A stretch of DNA of 64,000 nucleotides from Octopus sinensis (lineage: Eukaryota). Positions within the stretch are counted from its first letter, which is position 1; each line of letters begins with the position of its first letter. The position numbers were made by a program, and so were the translations under genes. The notes under the pieces are model-generated. The model had not been told where the DNA came from. It worked only from the letters and a program-made list of their open reading frames with translations, and searched no databases. Below, piece by piece: positions 37,601 through 50,899 of this stretch. The stretch covers positions 68,510,001 to 68,574,000 of the forward strand of contig NC_043008.1 in NCBI RefSeq assembly GCF_006345805.1, given 5' to 3'.

Positions 37601-39503
37601 GAGGAGAAGAGATCTTCACCATCATTATCATTTAACATGTGTAGTCCATGCTGGCATGGGTTGGGTAGTTCAAAAGGTATCTGATAAGTGAGAGAACTGC
37701 TTTGAGGCTCAATGTCTGTTTTGGCAGGATTTCTACAGCTAGATGTCCTTCCCCAAACCAGTCAGTTTACAGAGTGTACTGGGTGCTTTTTCGTGTTACC
37801 AGTACCAGTGAAGTTACTGAGTAGCTCACGAGACAAGACCCCTCGATGAGTGAAGTGTAGTACTGAAGGAAGTGGTTTATGCCTGGTGTTGAGAGGCAAG
37901 AGTATGATAGAGGGATAGGAAGAAGTGTCTTGGTGCAGAGGAGATACAAGGCTACCCCAACTGAGAAAGGAGAAAAGATGGTAGTGATGAGGTGGTAGGA
38001 TGTACCACCAAGGAAGAAGAGGGTGAATGTGAGGGGGATAAGGACAGAAGAAATGATGAAATGGATGATCAGATAAGTTTGCAAGAATGTGAGATGACAG
38101 GTAGTAAGAGGTAGGGATAAAGAGATATAGGTGATGCAGTAAAATCAAACAGGGGAACAAGGCATGGTCAGTGGTGAATATCAGTTTGGGGAGAGGTGAA
38201 GGAAATAGGAGTGAGTTAGCAGGGAGGAGATGATAAGTGGCAGTGCAAAAAATATGGGGGTGGTGGAGAGAAGCATTGAGACACACACACACACACGCAC
38301 GCGCACACACACACACACACACACAAGATCAAAAGGTTAAGCTAGCTAAAGAGTTCTGCCACAAAGAAGCCAACTTTTAGTCTTGAATAATACGATGTAA
38401 TAAAAGAGAATTCTGCCAATTTTCCAATTCAAAATGGATAATGTGTGGGCAACAAAGCTAGAGTGTTTGCCAGAAACAACTGGATATAGGGGAGTTGGAG
38501 ATATTGTACTGGGGGACAGTTTAAGTAATAGGTAGATTAGAACCAATTTTTGTAAGAGGAGAAGAGATCTTCACCATCATTATCATTTAACATGTGTAGT
38601 CCATGCTGGCATGGGTTGGGTAGTTCAAAAGGTATCTGATAAATGAGAGAACTGCTTTGAGGCTCAATGTCTGTTTTGGCAGGATTTCTACAGCTAGATG
38701 TCCTTCCCCAAACCAGTCAGTTTACAGAGTGTACTGGGTGCTTTTTCGTGTTACCAGTACCAGTGAAGTTACTGAGTAGCTCACGAGACAAGACCCCTCG
38801 ATGAGTGAAGTGTAGTACTGAAGGAAGTGGTTTATGCCTGGTGTTGAGAGGCAAGAGTATGATAGAGGGATAGGAAGAAGTGTCTTGGTGCAGAGGAGAT
38901 ACAAGGCTACCCCAACTGAGAAAGGAGAAAAGATGGTAGTGATGAGGTGGTAGGATGTACCACCAAGGAAGAAGAGGGTGAATGTGAGGGGGATAAGGAC
39001 AGAAGAAATGATGAAATGGATGATCAGATAAGTTTGCAAGAATGTGAGATGACAGGTAGTAAGAGGTAGGGATAAAGAGATATAGGTGATGCAGTGAAAA
39101 TCAAACAGGGGAACAAGGCATGGTCAGTGGTGAATATCAGTTTGGGGAGAGGTGAAGGAAATAGGAGTGAGTTAGCAGGGAGGAGATGATAAGTGGCAGT
39201 GCAAAAAATATGGGGGTGGTGGAGAGAAGCATTGAGACACACACACACACGCACGCGCACACACACACACACCACACACACACACACAAGATCAAAAGGT
39301 TAAGCTAGGCTAAAGAGTTCTGCCACAAAGAAGCCAACTTTTAGTCTTGAATAATACGATGTAATAAAAGAGAATTCTGCCAATTTTCCAATTCAAAATG
39401 GATAATGTGTGGGCAACAAAGCTAGAGTGTTTGCAAGAAACAACTGGATATAGGGGAGTTGGAGATATTGTACTGGGGACTAGTTTAAGTAATAGGTAGA
39501 TTA
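37369..39503. repeat. Tandem segmental duplication: two ~960-bp units plus a 216-bp partial
   Basis: Unit starts (aagatcaaaagg) at 37369, 38325, 39288; near-identical; junctions follow (CA)n. Confidence 0.95.
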
Positions 39504-39506
39504 CTT

Positions 39507-39559
<53 letters not shown>

Positions 39560-39959
39560 CTCACTCATATGCACACACACTCACACACATGCATACATAT
39601 ATTTATACATATATACGTACATGCATACATACACACACATATACACATCCAGCTGTAGAAACTCTGCCAGATCAAGATTGGAGCCTGGTGCAGCCATCTG
39701 GTTCGCCAGCCCTCAGTCAAAATCGTCCTACCCATGCTAGCATGGAAAGCGGACGTTAAACGATGATGATGATGATGATGATGCATACATACATACATAC
39801 ATACACACATTCATATACACATATACATATATATACATACATACACATACATAATACATATATACTGCAAATACATACATACAAACTACAACTACATACA
39901 TACAAACTACAACTACATACATACATACATAACATGCATATCATAAAAGTACTATCTCC

Positions 39960-40480
39960 CTATATGACACAACTTCACAGAAACAACATACAATGCTGTT
40001 TGGAATAAAGACTATCCTGGAATAAATATAGAGAACCCCCTCTGTTATTGAATTCGTACACAAAAAAAATCAACAGATTGGTGGAACATTCTCATCAAAA
40101 CATGTGAAGTATAAACATAACAGGCCAGGTATTGTTATTTGGGACACACAAGAAAAAGCATGTACCACCACAGAGGTCAGCTGTCCTGCTGATTTGAACA
40201 TCTCTTTGAAAATCAAAGAGAAAGAGGATAACTATGGACAACTGCTTTGAAACCTCTGCTTCTGTATACAGATTATAAATCTACATTAAAACCAATGATA
40301 ATTGAATCATATGGTTTTGTGAGTAAATGTCTAAGTGACAATCTAAGTATAAGCTAGGGTTTTCAGAAAAAGAAATCAACCAACTAACTCGCACATTACA
40401 AATGCAATTTGTAAGTGGAACAGTACAGATATGCAAAACTTTTCTCAAGTTAAATATGTGACATTGTTATTGTGATCTAC
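39960..40480 (+). mobile_element. R4/Dong-like non-LTR element, restriction-like endonuclease remnant
   Basis: WWNILIKT..KHNRPGIVIWDTQEK.....EVSCPAD.NI..K.KEKED.Y. Confidence 0.7.
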
Positions 40481-42085
40481 ATCCCAATGATGGAGTTTTG
40501 TATCCTTGTTGAAAACCAGCTCCTTTCTCTAAAGAAGAATTTAAATAATTATAAACAAAAGAGAACATACATTAAATGCGTCATTCAGTTTCAATCTACG
40601 AAATCCACTTACAAGGGTTTGGATGACCTGAGGCTATGATAAAATACATTTGTCCAAAGTACCATGCTGTGGGACTGAACCCAGAACCATGTGGTTGGGA
40701 AGGAAACTTCTTAAACACACAGCCAGGCCTGCCCCACATAGATTTAAGCTAAGAGACAGAGAAATAGAGAGAGAGAGGGAGAGATGGAGAGAAAAAAATG
40801 GTGGGAATGAAAGAGAGGGAAATCGAAATAGATAACTAGTAAGAGAGGAAGAAAAAGATTGAGAGAAAGAAAGTTAGAAAGATAAAGAGAGAGTAAAGGT
40901 GAGTTTTTATATTAAAGCTGATGGTTGTCCAGGTTTCTCCACTTATTTGGTCTCCACACACCACTACCACTACCATTACCACCACCACCACTACCATCAT
41001 CAGCAGCACCACCACCACTACCACCAGCACCTCTCCTAGCACCAGCACCAGCACTAGCACCAGCATCAGTGCCACAACAACGTGACCACCACTACCATCA
41101 CTACCAGTACCACCATTATCATCGCTGTCACCACCACCACCACCACCACCACCACCACACCCACCACCGCTGCCACCACCAACAACAATAACATTACAAT
41201 TTCCCCACTATCCTTCCCCACCTCCACCACCATCTCCTCCTCCAACATCACCTCCACTACCATCACACTCTCTCCATTATCACTAACCAACACCAGACAA
41301 AAGAACACTTCAGCAATTTGCAAATTACTTATTGTAATATACGATGGTTTATCACAATGACATGTCACAGGTCTATACTTCACACACACTTCACTCACAC
41401 ACACACACACACACACTTCACTCATCACTCTACATTGATTCCACAATTGTCCACTTCAACATATTACCTACCTGACCACCTACCATCAATACAGCACAGG
41501 ACAAAATATACGGTAAGCATGAGACCAGATGTGGCCAGGATTTCTGGATTTTCCAGTTTTCTGGAGACAATCTAGATATATACTAAAAATACAAAAGAAC
41601 TAAATTGTATTTAACATATTCAAATTTATGCATTCCTAAAGCAGGGTCTATTTGATGTTCACCAATTCATTTAAAAAATCTTTAAAATAAATCAAACTGG
41701 TCCATGTGTACAATATAATGTTTGTAGGATGAAAATTAAAATTAAATGAAGTAAAGAACATAATTTTATTTAACAGATAAAGGTACAAATTTATAAACTT
41801 TTAAAGCAGAGTATCATCATCATTTAATGTACATTGTCCATGCTGGCATGGATTGGCTGGTTTGACCAGGGCTCGTAAGCTGGAAGGCTGCACCAGACCC
41901 CAGTGTGATTTGGCATGATTTTCTACAGCTGGATGCCCCTCCTAATGCCAACCACTCTGAGAGTGTAATGGGTTCTTTTGTATGTTTAAACTTTATGAAT
42001 TCACCTTCGGCAAGTGTCTTCTACTATAGCCTCAGGCCTTGTGAGTAGCTTTGGTTGACAGAAACTGAAAGACATTCTACTTATA

Positions 42086-42260
42086 TATATACGAAAGAAG
42101 GTTTGAAAATGCAATTTTAAAAGATGTTTATTTACTTTACCGGTTTCACTCTTTGGAAAAAGATTGTCAAAAGTAACATGTAGAAGTTTCCAAAGAGTGA
42201 AACCGGTAAAGTAAATAAACATCTTTTAAAATTGCATTTTCAAACCTTCTTTTGTATATA
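42086..42260. mobile_element. Hairpin element with 74-bp arms, inserted at the (TA)n of a SINE 1 copy
   Basis: 42086-42159 vs 42187-42260, one mismatch; SINE halves at 42005-42075 and 42345-42500. Confidence 0.8.
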
Positions 42261-42295
42261 ATTCCACTCGTGTGGTACCCTATAACTCCACTTTG

Positions 42296-42343
<48 letters not shown>

Positions 42344-43059
42344 TCTTGCGAGGTTGTCTTTGTGTCTGTGTTGTCCCCAACCACTACATGACAACTGGTC
42401 TTGGTGTGTTTATGTCCTCATCATTTAGTAGTTAGAATAAGTACTAGGATTAAAAAAATAAGTTCTGGGGTTGCTTTGTTTAACTAAAACCCTTCAAGTA
42501 ACCATGTAATATACTGGGTAACCACGTACTTCCTCTATAGCAAGACACCTATTTCTGCTTTCCTATTTCTCTGTCATACTCTAACCTTTCATCATCTGAT
42601 ACTGGATCACCTCCTCCAATGCTCTCTCTGTTAAAGCAAGACACCTGATTTTGCCTCTCCATCTCTTTCTCACCCTCTAACTTTTCATCCTCTTTGTCAC
42701 CCTCTAACCTTTCATCCCCTCCCCAAATGCCCCTGCCCCTCTCATAATTCCTTGTCTTGTGAGTTACTTGGTGACCCTGCCAGTGCTGGTGCCACATAAA
42801 AAAAACATCCGGTCCACACTGTAAAGTGGTTGGCATTTGGAAGGGCATCCAGCTGTAAAAATTATGCCAAAACCCGACCTGTGCTAGTTCCAAGTCCATT
42901 CTGCAGAGTGGTTGATGTTGGGAAGGGCATCCAGCTGTTAAAAACCCTGCCAAAACAGACACAGTAGCATAGGGTATTTCTACCTGGCCAGCTCCTGTGA
43001 ACTGTCCAACCCATGCATGCACGGAAGATGGATGTTAAACGATGCTGCTGATGATATAT

Positions 43060-43370
43060 CACTGTGATCACCGTGTCCGACCAGGCTACCAGATGTTGCT
43101 ACACATTGCTGGTCACAATGCGCTTCGCATTGTTTTAGCCTTCAAATAACGCCAACCCGCTGGCTAAGCGAGCAGGTCAACAGAAGAAAGACAGAAACTT
43201 GTGGCGAAAGAGTACTGCAGGGATCGCCACCACCCGTTGCCAGAGCCTTGTGGGAGCTTTTAGGTGTCTTCGCTCAATAAACACTCACAATACCCAGTCT
43301 GGGCATCAAAACCACAATCCTACAACCACGAGTCCTCTGCCCTAACCACTGGGCCATTGCGCCTCCACTG
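43060..43370 (-). mobile_element. tRNA-headed SINE, variant family
   Basis: Reverse head gtggaggcgcaatggcccagtggttaggg. Confidence 0.65.
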
Positions 43371-43887
43371 ATGATGGTATATATATATAAACAGCCACCT
43401 CAGGCACCCTTCACACCCAACAGGATGAAGAGGCTCAATCACTTGCTACACATTAATTATTCGGATACAAATGAATACCTCCACTGCCATCTCCGACTCT
43501 GCAGTGTACATAACTGGTTAACCTAGTAGGTTTTCTATATAATGAGATAGAGAACAATTTGATTAGTTTCTCCTGGTTATTCCAAAATATATGTTTAACA
43601 AAAGTACTTACACACTTATAAACCTATTTACAATTTAACCCCACAAACGATGCCTCAGTGCTTTAGTAAATTAATATATTTGTATATACTTATTTATAGA
43701 AAAAGCATATAAATTTGTATGAATGTGATAAATTTGTAAAGTTTCCTATAAATAAATATCAAATACTCTACTTGGAAAATATAGAGTTCATTATTAGTTG
43801 CCTAGTTATTACTTACTAGTATCTCCCTCTCTCTCTCTCTCTGCCTGTCTCTTTCACTCTCTCTCTTTCTCTGTGTGTATTTGTATG

Positions 43888-44017
<130 letters not shown>

Positions 44018-44265
44018 TATATATATATAATATATATATATATACACACGCGCGCACACACACACACATGCAGAGATATACATACACACATATATGTATG
44101 TATGTACATATCTATATGTACACATATATATATACACATATATATATGTGCATTATGTGTGATATATGTATGTATATATGCATATATAGCTATATCAATA
44201 TATGTATATATCATCATCATCATTTAATGTATATATATTTATGTGTATATATATGTATGTATGTG

Positions 44266-44298
<33 letters not shown>

Positions 44299-44987
44299 AC
44301 ATATGTATATATATATACATAAACATACATAATCTTGGTCTGTCTATAGTCCTTTCCTTTACTATCACTTTTCATACCTTTCCTCCTCTTCTCCTCCTCC
44401 TCCTCCTCCTCTTCTATTACTGGCACCACCACCACCACCACCTCCACAACTGCCATCACTGCTGCCATTGCTGCTGCCACTGCTGCCGCCGCCACCACCG
44501 CCACCACCACCACCACCACCACCACCTCCACCTCCACCACCATTTTCTTCTTCTTCTTCTTCTTCTTCTTCTTCTTCTTCTTCTTCTTCTTCTTCTCCTT
44601 CTTCTTCTTCTTCTTCTCCTCCTCCTTCTCCTCGTCACCTCTCTCTGGCTTCATATTTTTATAACACCTTTGTAATATCTGTCTCTTTCACTGAATTCAA
44701 ACCATGTAATGTGTTTTCTGTGTACACAGGTGATCTGTATGTGAATATGGTATTGTGAATATGCCTCTGTGTGTGTGCGTGTATGCGTGTGTGTGCGTGT
44801 GTGTGTGCATGTGTGTGTGTGTATGTGCATGCATGTGTGAGTGTGTGCGTGTGTGTGTGCGTGTGTGTGTGTGCATGTGTGTGCATGTGTGCATGTGTGT
44901 GCTCGCACATGTGTGCACGTCCATGCGTGTGTGTGCATGTGTGTGTGAGTGTGTATGCTTCTGTGCATGTGTGTGCATACGTGCGTG

Positions 44988-45022
<35 letters not shown>

Positions 45023-45534
45023 CTGTTCATGTGTGCAGTAATTGATTGGTTTGAATTCAGGGAATGAAATAAGTATCAGGAAGGTGTTATAAAAATATGA
45101 AATCAGAGAGAGGTGGAGGAAGAAGAGGACAAGGAGATGGAGAAGAAGAAGAAGAAGAAGAAGAAGAAGAAGAAGAAGAAGAAGAAGAAGAAGAAGATGA
45201 TGATGATGTTGATGATGTTGATGATGATGATGATGATGATGATGATGTAGTGGTGGTGGTTGTGATGGTGGTGGCGGAGGAGATGGAGGAAAGTTATGAA
45301 AAGCGATAATAAAGCAGAGGAGTTCAGCACATTGTAGGCAACCGAAAGGAAGGGACTTAAAAAATGTTCTGGAGAATCATGTGAAAGAGAAAAGAGATGG
45401 CAGGGTACTGTACATCCTGTAGAGGTGCAGATGTCATGCCTTTGTAGCTAGATTCATCAGTATAGGTCAGTGAACAGTTTATTCACTGAAATTACTAACA
45501 TGATTCTTGGCTCTTATTACATTCTTTGGTTCAG

Positions 45535-45593
45535 GGGTGCTTCTGGCTGATGAGACACCAATGTTGCTGAAACACTGGCCGTGCCAGATATCC
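45535..45593 (+). ncRNA. Type I hammerhead ribozyme-like fold with non-canonical GUG site
   Basis: GGGTG-ct-TCTGG-CTGATGA-GACA(CCAA)TGTT-gct-GAAA-C(ACTGGCC)G-TG-CCAGA-TATCC. Confidence 0.55.
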
Positions 45594-45609
45594 GTTTTAC
45601 TGATGAATC

Positions 45610-45880
45610 ATGAGGTAGTGAGTTTGATTCCCAGACTGGGCTGTGTGTTGTGCTCTTGAGCAAGACACTTTATTTCATTGTGCTGCAGTTAACCCAGCTG
45701 TAGAAATGAGTTGCAACATCACTGTGCAATGCTGTATCAACCTTTGCCTTTCTCTTGGACAACATCAGTGGTGTGGAGGGAGGAGGGTGGTCTGCACGGG
45801 TGACTGCTGGTCTTGCTAGGACTTGTGCCTCAGAGGTGCAATCCCATGGCCATTCATGATCGAAGGGGGTCTTTACCCCC
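45610..45880 (+). mobile_element. 5'-truncated SINE of the third family
   Basis: gagtttgattccc...ctcttgagcaagacactttatttca. Confidence 0.65.
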
Positions 45881-46286
45881 TACCCTAGCATTTACCTACC
45901 TATGCATGTGAAAACTGGATCAGGTGGACTCTGCAGAAGGGACTTTCATGGTTCAGTGGAGGAGAAAGCAGCTACAGCATTGCCTTTTGGAATGCAGAGA
46001 GCAAGATGACACAAGTATGATACTGTGGTCATCATCTGCTACCATCTTAGCTGTCTTGAGATGGTCTTGTCACTGGATTGAAGATGACTACGGATGAGAG
46101 AGTGAGGTTGATAGTGCACAGTTTTTCTTCACTCTAAACAAATTAACCACATGAGTCATCAGTCATCTTTAAGGATGTCAAAATGGTCTTTGTTGCTCTG
46201 ATGGATGAACATAAAGTATGTGAGATGAGCGTACAATGAGTTACTTGGTAGAGCACTATTGCCACAACGCATGAGAGATGTGTGAG

Positions 46287-46460
46287 TATACAAAGTGGTA
46301 TCAAAAAGTTTCTGGATTAGTTCTGCATTGCACCAAAAGATGGCAGCACAGGGTTGTGTGCACAGTGAGAGTTAGCAGTGACCTTCATGAGGCGGGGTGT
46401 TGAGTGACATTGCAGTGTTTACTTCACAAGCTGTGAAATTTGTGTTTTCGTGATCACATT
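46287..46460 (+). mobile_element. mariner-like left end
   Basis: TA-caaagtggtatcaaaaagtttctggat resembles mariner TIRs; followed by an agatggcagcac motif. Confidence 0.5.
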
Positions 46461-46685
46461 CTTTTACTCTTTTACTTGTTTCAGTCATTTGACTGAAGCC
46501 ATGCTGGAGCACCACCTTTAGTCTAGCAAATCGATCCTAGGACTTATTCTTTGTAAACCTGATAGGATTACTGGAAGTAAAATGCATGACATCATCACCT
46601 TTATGTTTGATGCTGGTTACACCAAATGCTTCGTGGTTCTCACTTCCACACTAACAACATAGAGCCTTGTGTGTGTATGTGTGTA

Positions 46686-46722
<37 letters not shown>

Positions 46723-47469
46723 TGGGCATGTATATGAATACATGCTATGCATTTGCAATCCAAGAATGGGAGATTGCTACTAAATACCAGTGGTGTATGA
46801 TGATTGTTGTCATTAGGTGTGCTGTTACACTGATCATACTACGACTAACATTAGTATTATTCAAATTAGGAATACAAACTGTGTATTTCTATTCAAAATG
46901 CAGGATCCAAAACGTAAATAATGTAAATGTAATTCAATTGGGATACAAATATATAGCACAAAAGTAAACTGAATTAATAAGCCGTAATTTTCTTATGTGC
47001 ATACACTGAAAATAAGAAACCATATAATTATACTTACTTAAATTACTTCTATATAAGTTCTATTCTTCTTCTTTGAGATGTAAAATGTTCGATAACCTCA
47101 TTGTACAATGAACCACTATCATTAATTATGAAAACAAATTAAGGCCAAAGTTATATGATGATATTGTAAGAAAAAAATTATTGTAAAAAAATTAGTTTAA
47201 GTTTAGGAATTTAAAATTAATTCAAATGTACAACTTCTTGCTACAAAATCAAACATGTGATTATGCTAAATCTGTCGCACACCCTTTGCCATTAATTTTT
47301 TCTCATTCTGCCATTATCCTAGAATATGCCTGGTACCATATTATGATACAATGTACTGTGAGTTGTGCAGTGCTATTTCAGGACAACCTGTCACTAAAAT
47401 TTCAAGCAGGGATATAACAAAAGTTTTCCATTATGATTTGTGGTTAAATTAATGAGTAAGGTTAATAAT

Positions 47470-48130
47470 TATAATGAATTTGCCACTTTTGATGGGTGCA
47501 CAGTACACGCCTAGCACACCTGGAAATACCTAATCAAGAATACCTAATCAAGAAAAGAGACAGTGAAGCTCTTGGAGTTCCAAGATACAACTGAAAATGT
47601 AGATTATGTTGTATTTCTGTGGAAGACATCACACCTGTGATTAGCAACTGCCCAAAAATGTCATCAAGATACTACCTTCCTATGTGACATGATGCTGTTG
47701 TGAAAACAATATACAATGCCATCCAGAAAAAAAGACTGTTCTGAAATAAATATAGAGAATTCCACCATTATTGAATACGTACCTAAATACTAACACAAGG
47801 AATACTGGTGGAACATTCCCATCAAAACATCTGTCAAGATAGATTTTGTTGCTTGAGAGAGACAAGAAAAAGTATGTACAGCCATAAAGGTCAGCTGTCC
47901 TGCTGATGTGAATATCACTTTGAAAATCAAAGAAAGAAGATAAACTAGCTTCTTAAGAAAATCTCTATTAGAGAGGAATGCTGTATATAGGTGGTGATAA
48001 ATATTACATCTCAGAAAGAAGATAACTGCTTCGAAATCTCCTGCTTCTATATCCAGATTACAAATTTACATTTATACCAATAATAATTGGAGCACTTGGT
48101 TTTGTAAGTATATGTCTAACTGTCAGTTTG
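47470..48130 (+). mobile_element. R4/Dong-like element, CCHC plus RLE remnant (a further piece at 46735-46795)
   Basis: KCRLC..SVEDIT.VISNCPKMSSRYYLPM.HDAV...WWNIPIKT...VSCPADVNI; 46735 piece reads FAIQEWEIATKY. Confidence 0.7.
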
Positions 48131-48450
48131 AGGCTTGAAACATCATACACTTTTCCATTTTTTTCTGAGTATCAAGCTAGTACACCTGCTTGTTGTTTCC
48201 CCACCTGTGACTCTATTTTGTTTTCTGTACATTTGAACTATATGTATGTATATATATTATATATATATATATATATATAGACATATATATATATAACATT
48301 CTACTCATGCCAGCTTGGAAAACAAATGGATGTTAAATGATGATGATGATGATGAAGATGATGATGATGATGATGATGATGATATATATATATATATATA
48401 CATGTGTATATATATATATATATACATGTGTATATATATATACATACATA

Positions 48451-49338
48451 CAAGATGCAGTGAATAAACTGTTGTCTAAATTATGCAAAAATGAAAATAA
48501 CACTGACATCCCATTTTAATAGATATATTTACTAAAATTATATAAAAATATCTTGAAATATTGAAGAGTAAATTTATTCAATAAAATTGCCATTGCCCCC
48601 AGCCATGGCCACCAGATGACTATGGAATCTCCTGCAACTCTTCTGGATGGTCTCCTTGTTTAAGTTGGTGAATACTGCCATAATCCTTGCGCTCAGTTCA
48701 TCTTTGGTGTTACACGGAGTTTTGTTGGTCTCTCACTCAACTGTGCTCCACGCATAATAATGGAGGGGGTTGCAGTTTGGAGAGTTAGGTGGCCAGATGT
48801 TAGGGGTGATGTGGTCACAGAAATTGTCTGACAGCCATGACTGGGTTCTCCCATTTGTATAGCATGGTGCAGAGTCCTGTTGCTAGACATAGGGTCTTCC
48901 AGCAGCCACCCTCTTGATCCAGGGCAGCATTACCTCCTCCAGGCACTTGATGTAGGCCTCCATGTTGAGCATGAGGCTGTGTGAGAAGATGAATGGAGGC
49001 ATAATATCGCCATCACTACTGATCACTCCAAACGCCATGATGTTGACTGGATGTTTGATTTTTATCACTCTCGCTTCATGTCCTCAGATTGCACTGACCT
49101 CAGATTGACACCCAAACATTCTGAAATGTTTATTTTGGAGCTTCTGGCACAAATGCCAAGCAGTACAGCATGTTGTCTTCAAATTTCTGGTAGCATGAAT
49201 GGCATCATGGTGCTGTTTTTCTCACAGACGCTGCCCAACTGACCCTACTATACTGTTTAGTTGATGAAATCAAAAAGAAACAATGCACATGTGCGAAATT
49301 AAAATATAAAATGGCAACAATTTACCCATCACACCTTG
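48451..49338 (-). mobile_element. DD37D (maT-type) transposon, internally deleted
   Basis: ~27-bp TIRs caagatgcagtgaataaactgttgtc / ggcaacaatttacccatcacaccttg. Reads MAFGVISSDG...WQQDSAP-(37 aa)-NPLHYYAW, with the third D mutated to H. Confidence 0.8.
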
Positions 49339-49467
49339 CATACATATGCACACACATACACACAAACACACATACACACATATGCACACATCAAAATATA
49401 GATGTGCACGTACCACATGCACATATATGTGTATATGCCTACCCGTATGAGTATGTGTGTGTATTAT

Positions 49468-49499
<32 letters not shown>

Positions 49500-49504
49500 G
49501 TATG

Positions 49505-49537
<33 letters not shown>

Positions 49538-49991
49538 GCATATATATATAAATATATATATTTATATAAATATACACACATATATATACATATATATACA
49601 TATATGTATATGCACACATATATACATACATACACACACACTCAAGCACACATATATATGGATGTATGTATGTATTGATTTGCATGTATAGTTTTAAGTA
49701 TATTTGTGTGGCTGTATGCATTCTTGATTCTGTATCTATATGCAGGTAGATGTATATTGGCATGCATGTGTCTATATATGAAAGTGTATATTTTAGTAGG
49801 TATGAGAAAATGTGTATTTCTCTGTCTGTCTGTCTGTCTGCTTGCTTGTCTGTCTGTCTATTTGTCTGCCCATCTATCTGTCTGCTTAGCTGTCTGTCTG
49901 TTTGTCTATACAAATATGTAAATATATCTGTACCTCCCTCTTTCTAAATGTATGTATACGTTTGTATGTGTGTGTGTGTGTATGTGTGTGT

Positions 49992-50074
<83 letters not shown>

Positions 50075-50212
50075 GATATATACATGTAAAACATATATAT
50101 AAAATTATATACATATTTATAATATGTATATATGTATCTATACATGTATATATATAAATACACACACACACACATACACACATATACATATACATATATA
50201 TGCATACATATG

Positions 50213-50259
<47 letters not shown>

Positions 50260-50322
50260 GTATTCATGCTTTCCAACATACATTTATATGTTCACATATA
50301 TGTATATATTTACGTGTTTATA

Positions 50323-50369
<47 letters not shown>

Positions 50370-50717
50370 ATATATATACATATATATATATATGCACACA
50401 CACATGCATATGTACAAATATAATTATATACATATATGTATATATACATATAAGCATATATATATATTTTCTGTGTCCTCACTATATAACACAATAGTTC
50501 AATCAACACTAAACTGTTACTAATTAGAGATCCACTTCACTTCTCCAATGAATGAAACTATTATTCTCTCATTCATTTAAATATTGGTTTTATGGTTTCT
50601 TCTTTTGTGTTGGGGTTTTTCTTTTTGCATTCGATCATATTTTCATTTAGTTCGTCAACAGTGAAGTTATATTTCATATCTGCAAGTTTGTACAAAGAAT
50701 CATTAGAAAGGAGATAG

Positions 50718-50777
<60 letters not shown>

Positions 50778-50788
50778 TGAGTGTGTGT

Positions 50789-50834
<46 letters not shown>

Positions 50835-50899
50835 TTATCACGTTGTCATAATCATTGTCATCATCATCATTATCATAATTTGTGCCCTTTCTCTATGCT

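Noticed and set aside
46080-46170. Minus-strand CTGATGA inside a 9-bp inverted repeat
   Set aside because: GAAG instead of GAAA, no stem III, and the core itself is paired; a simple hairpin.
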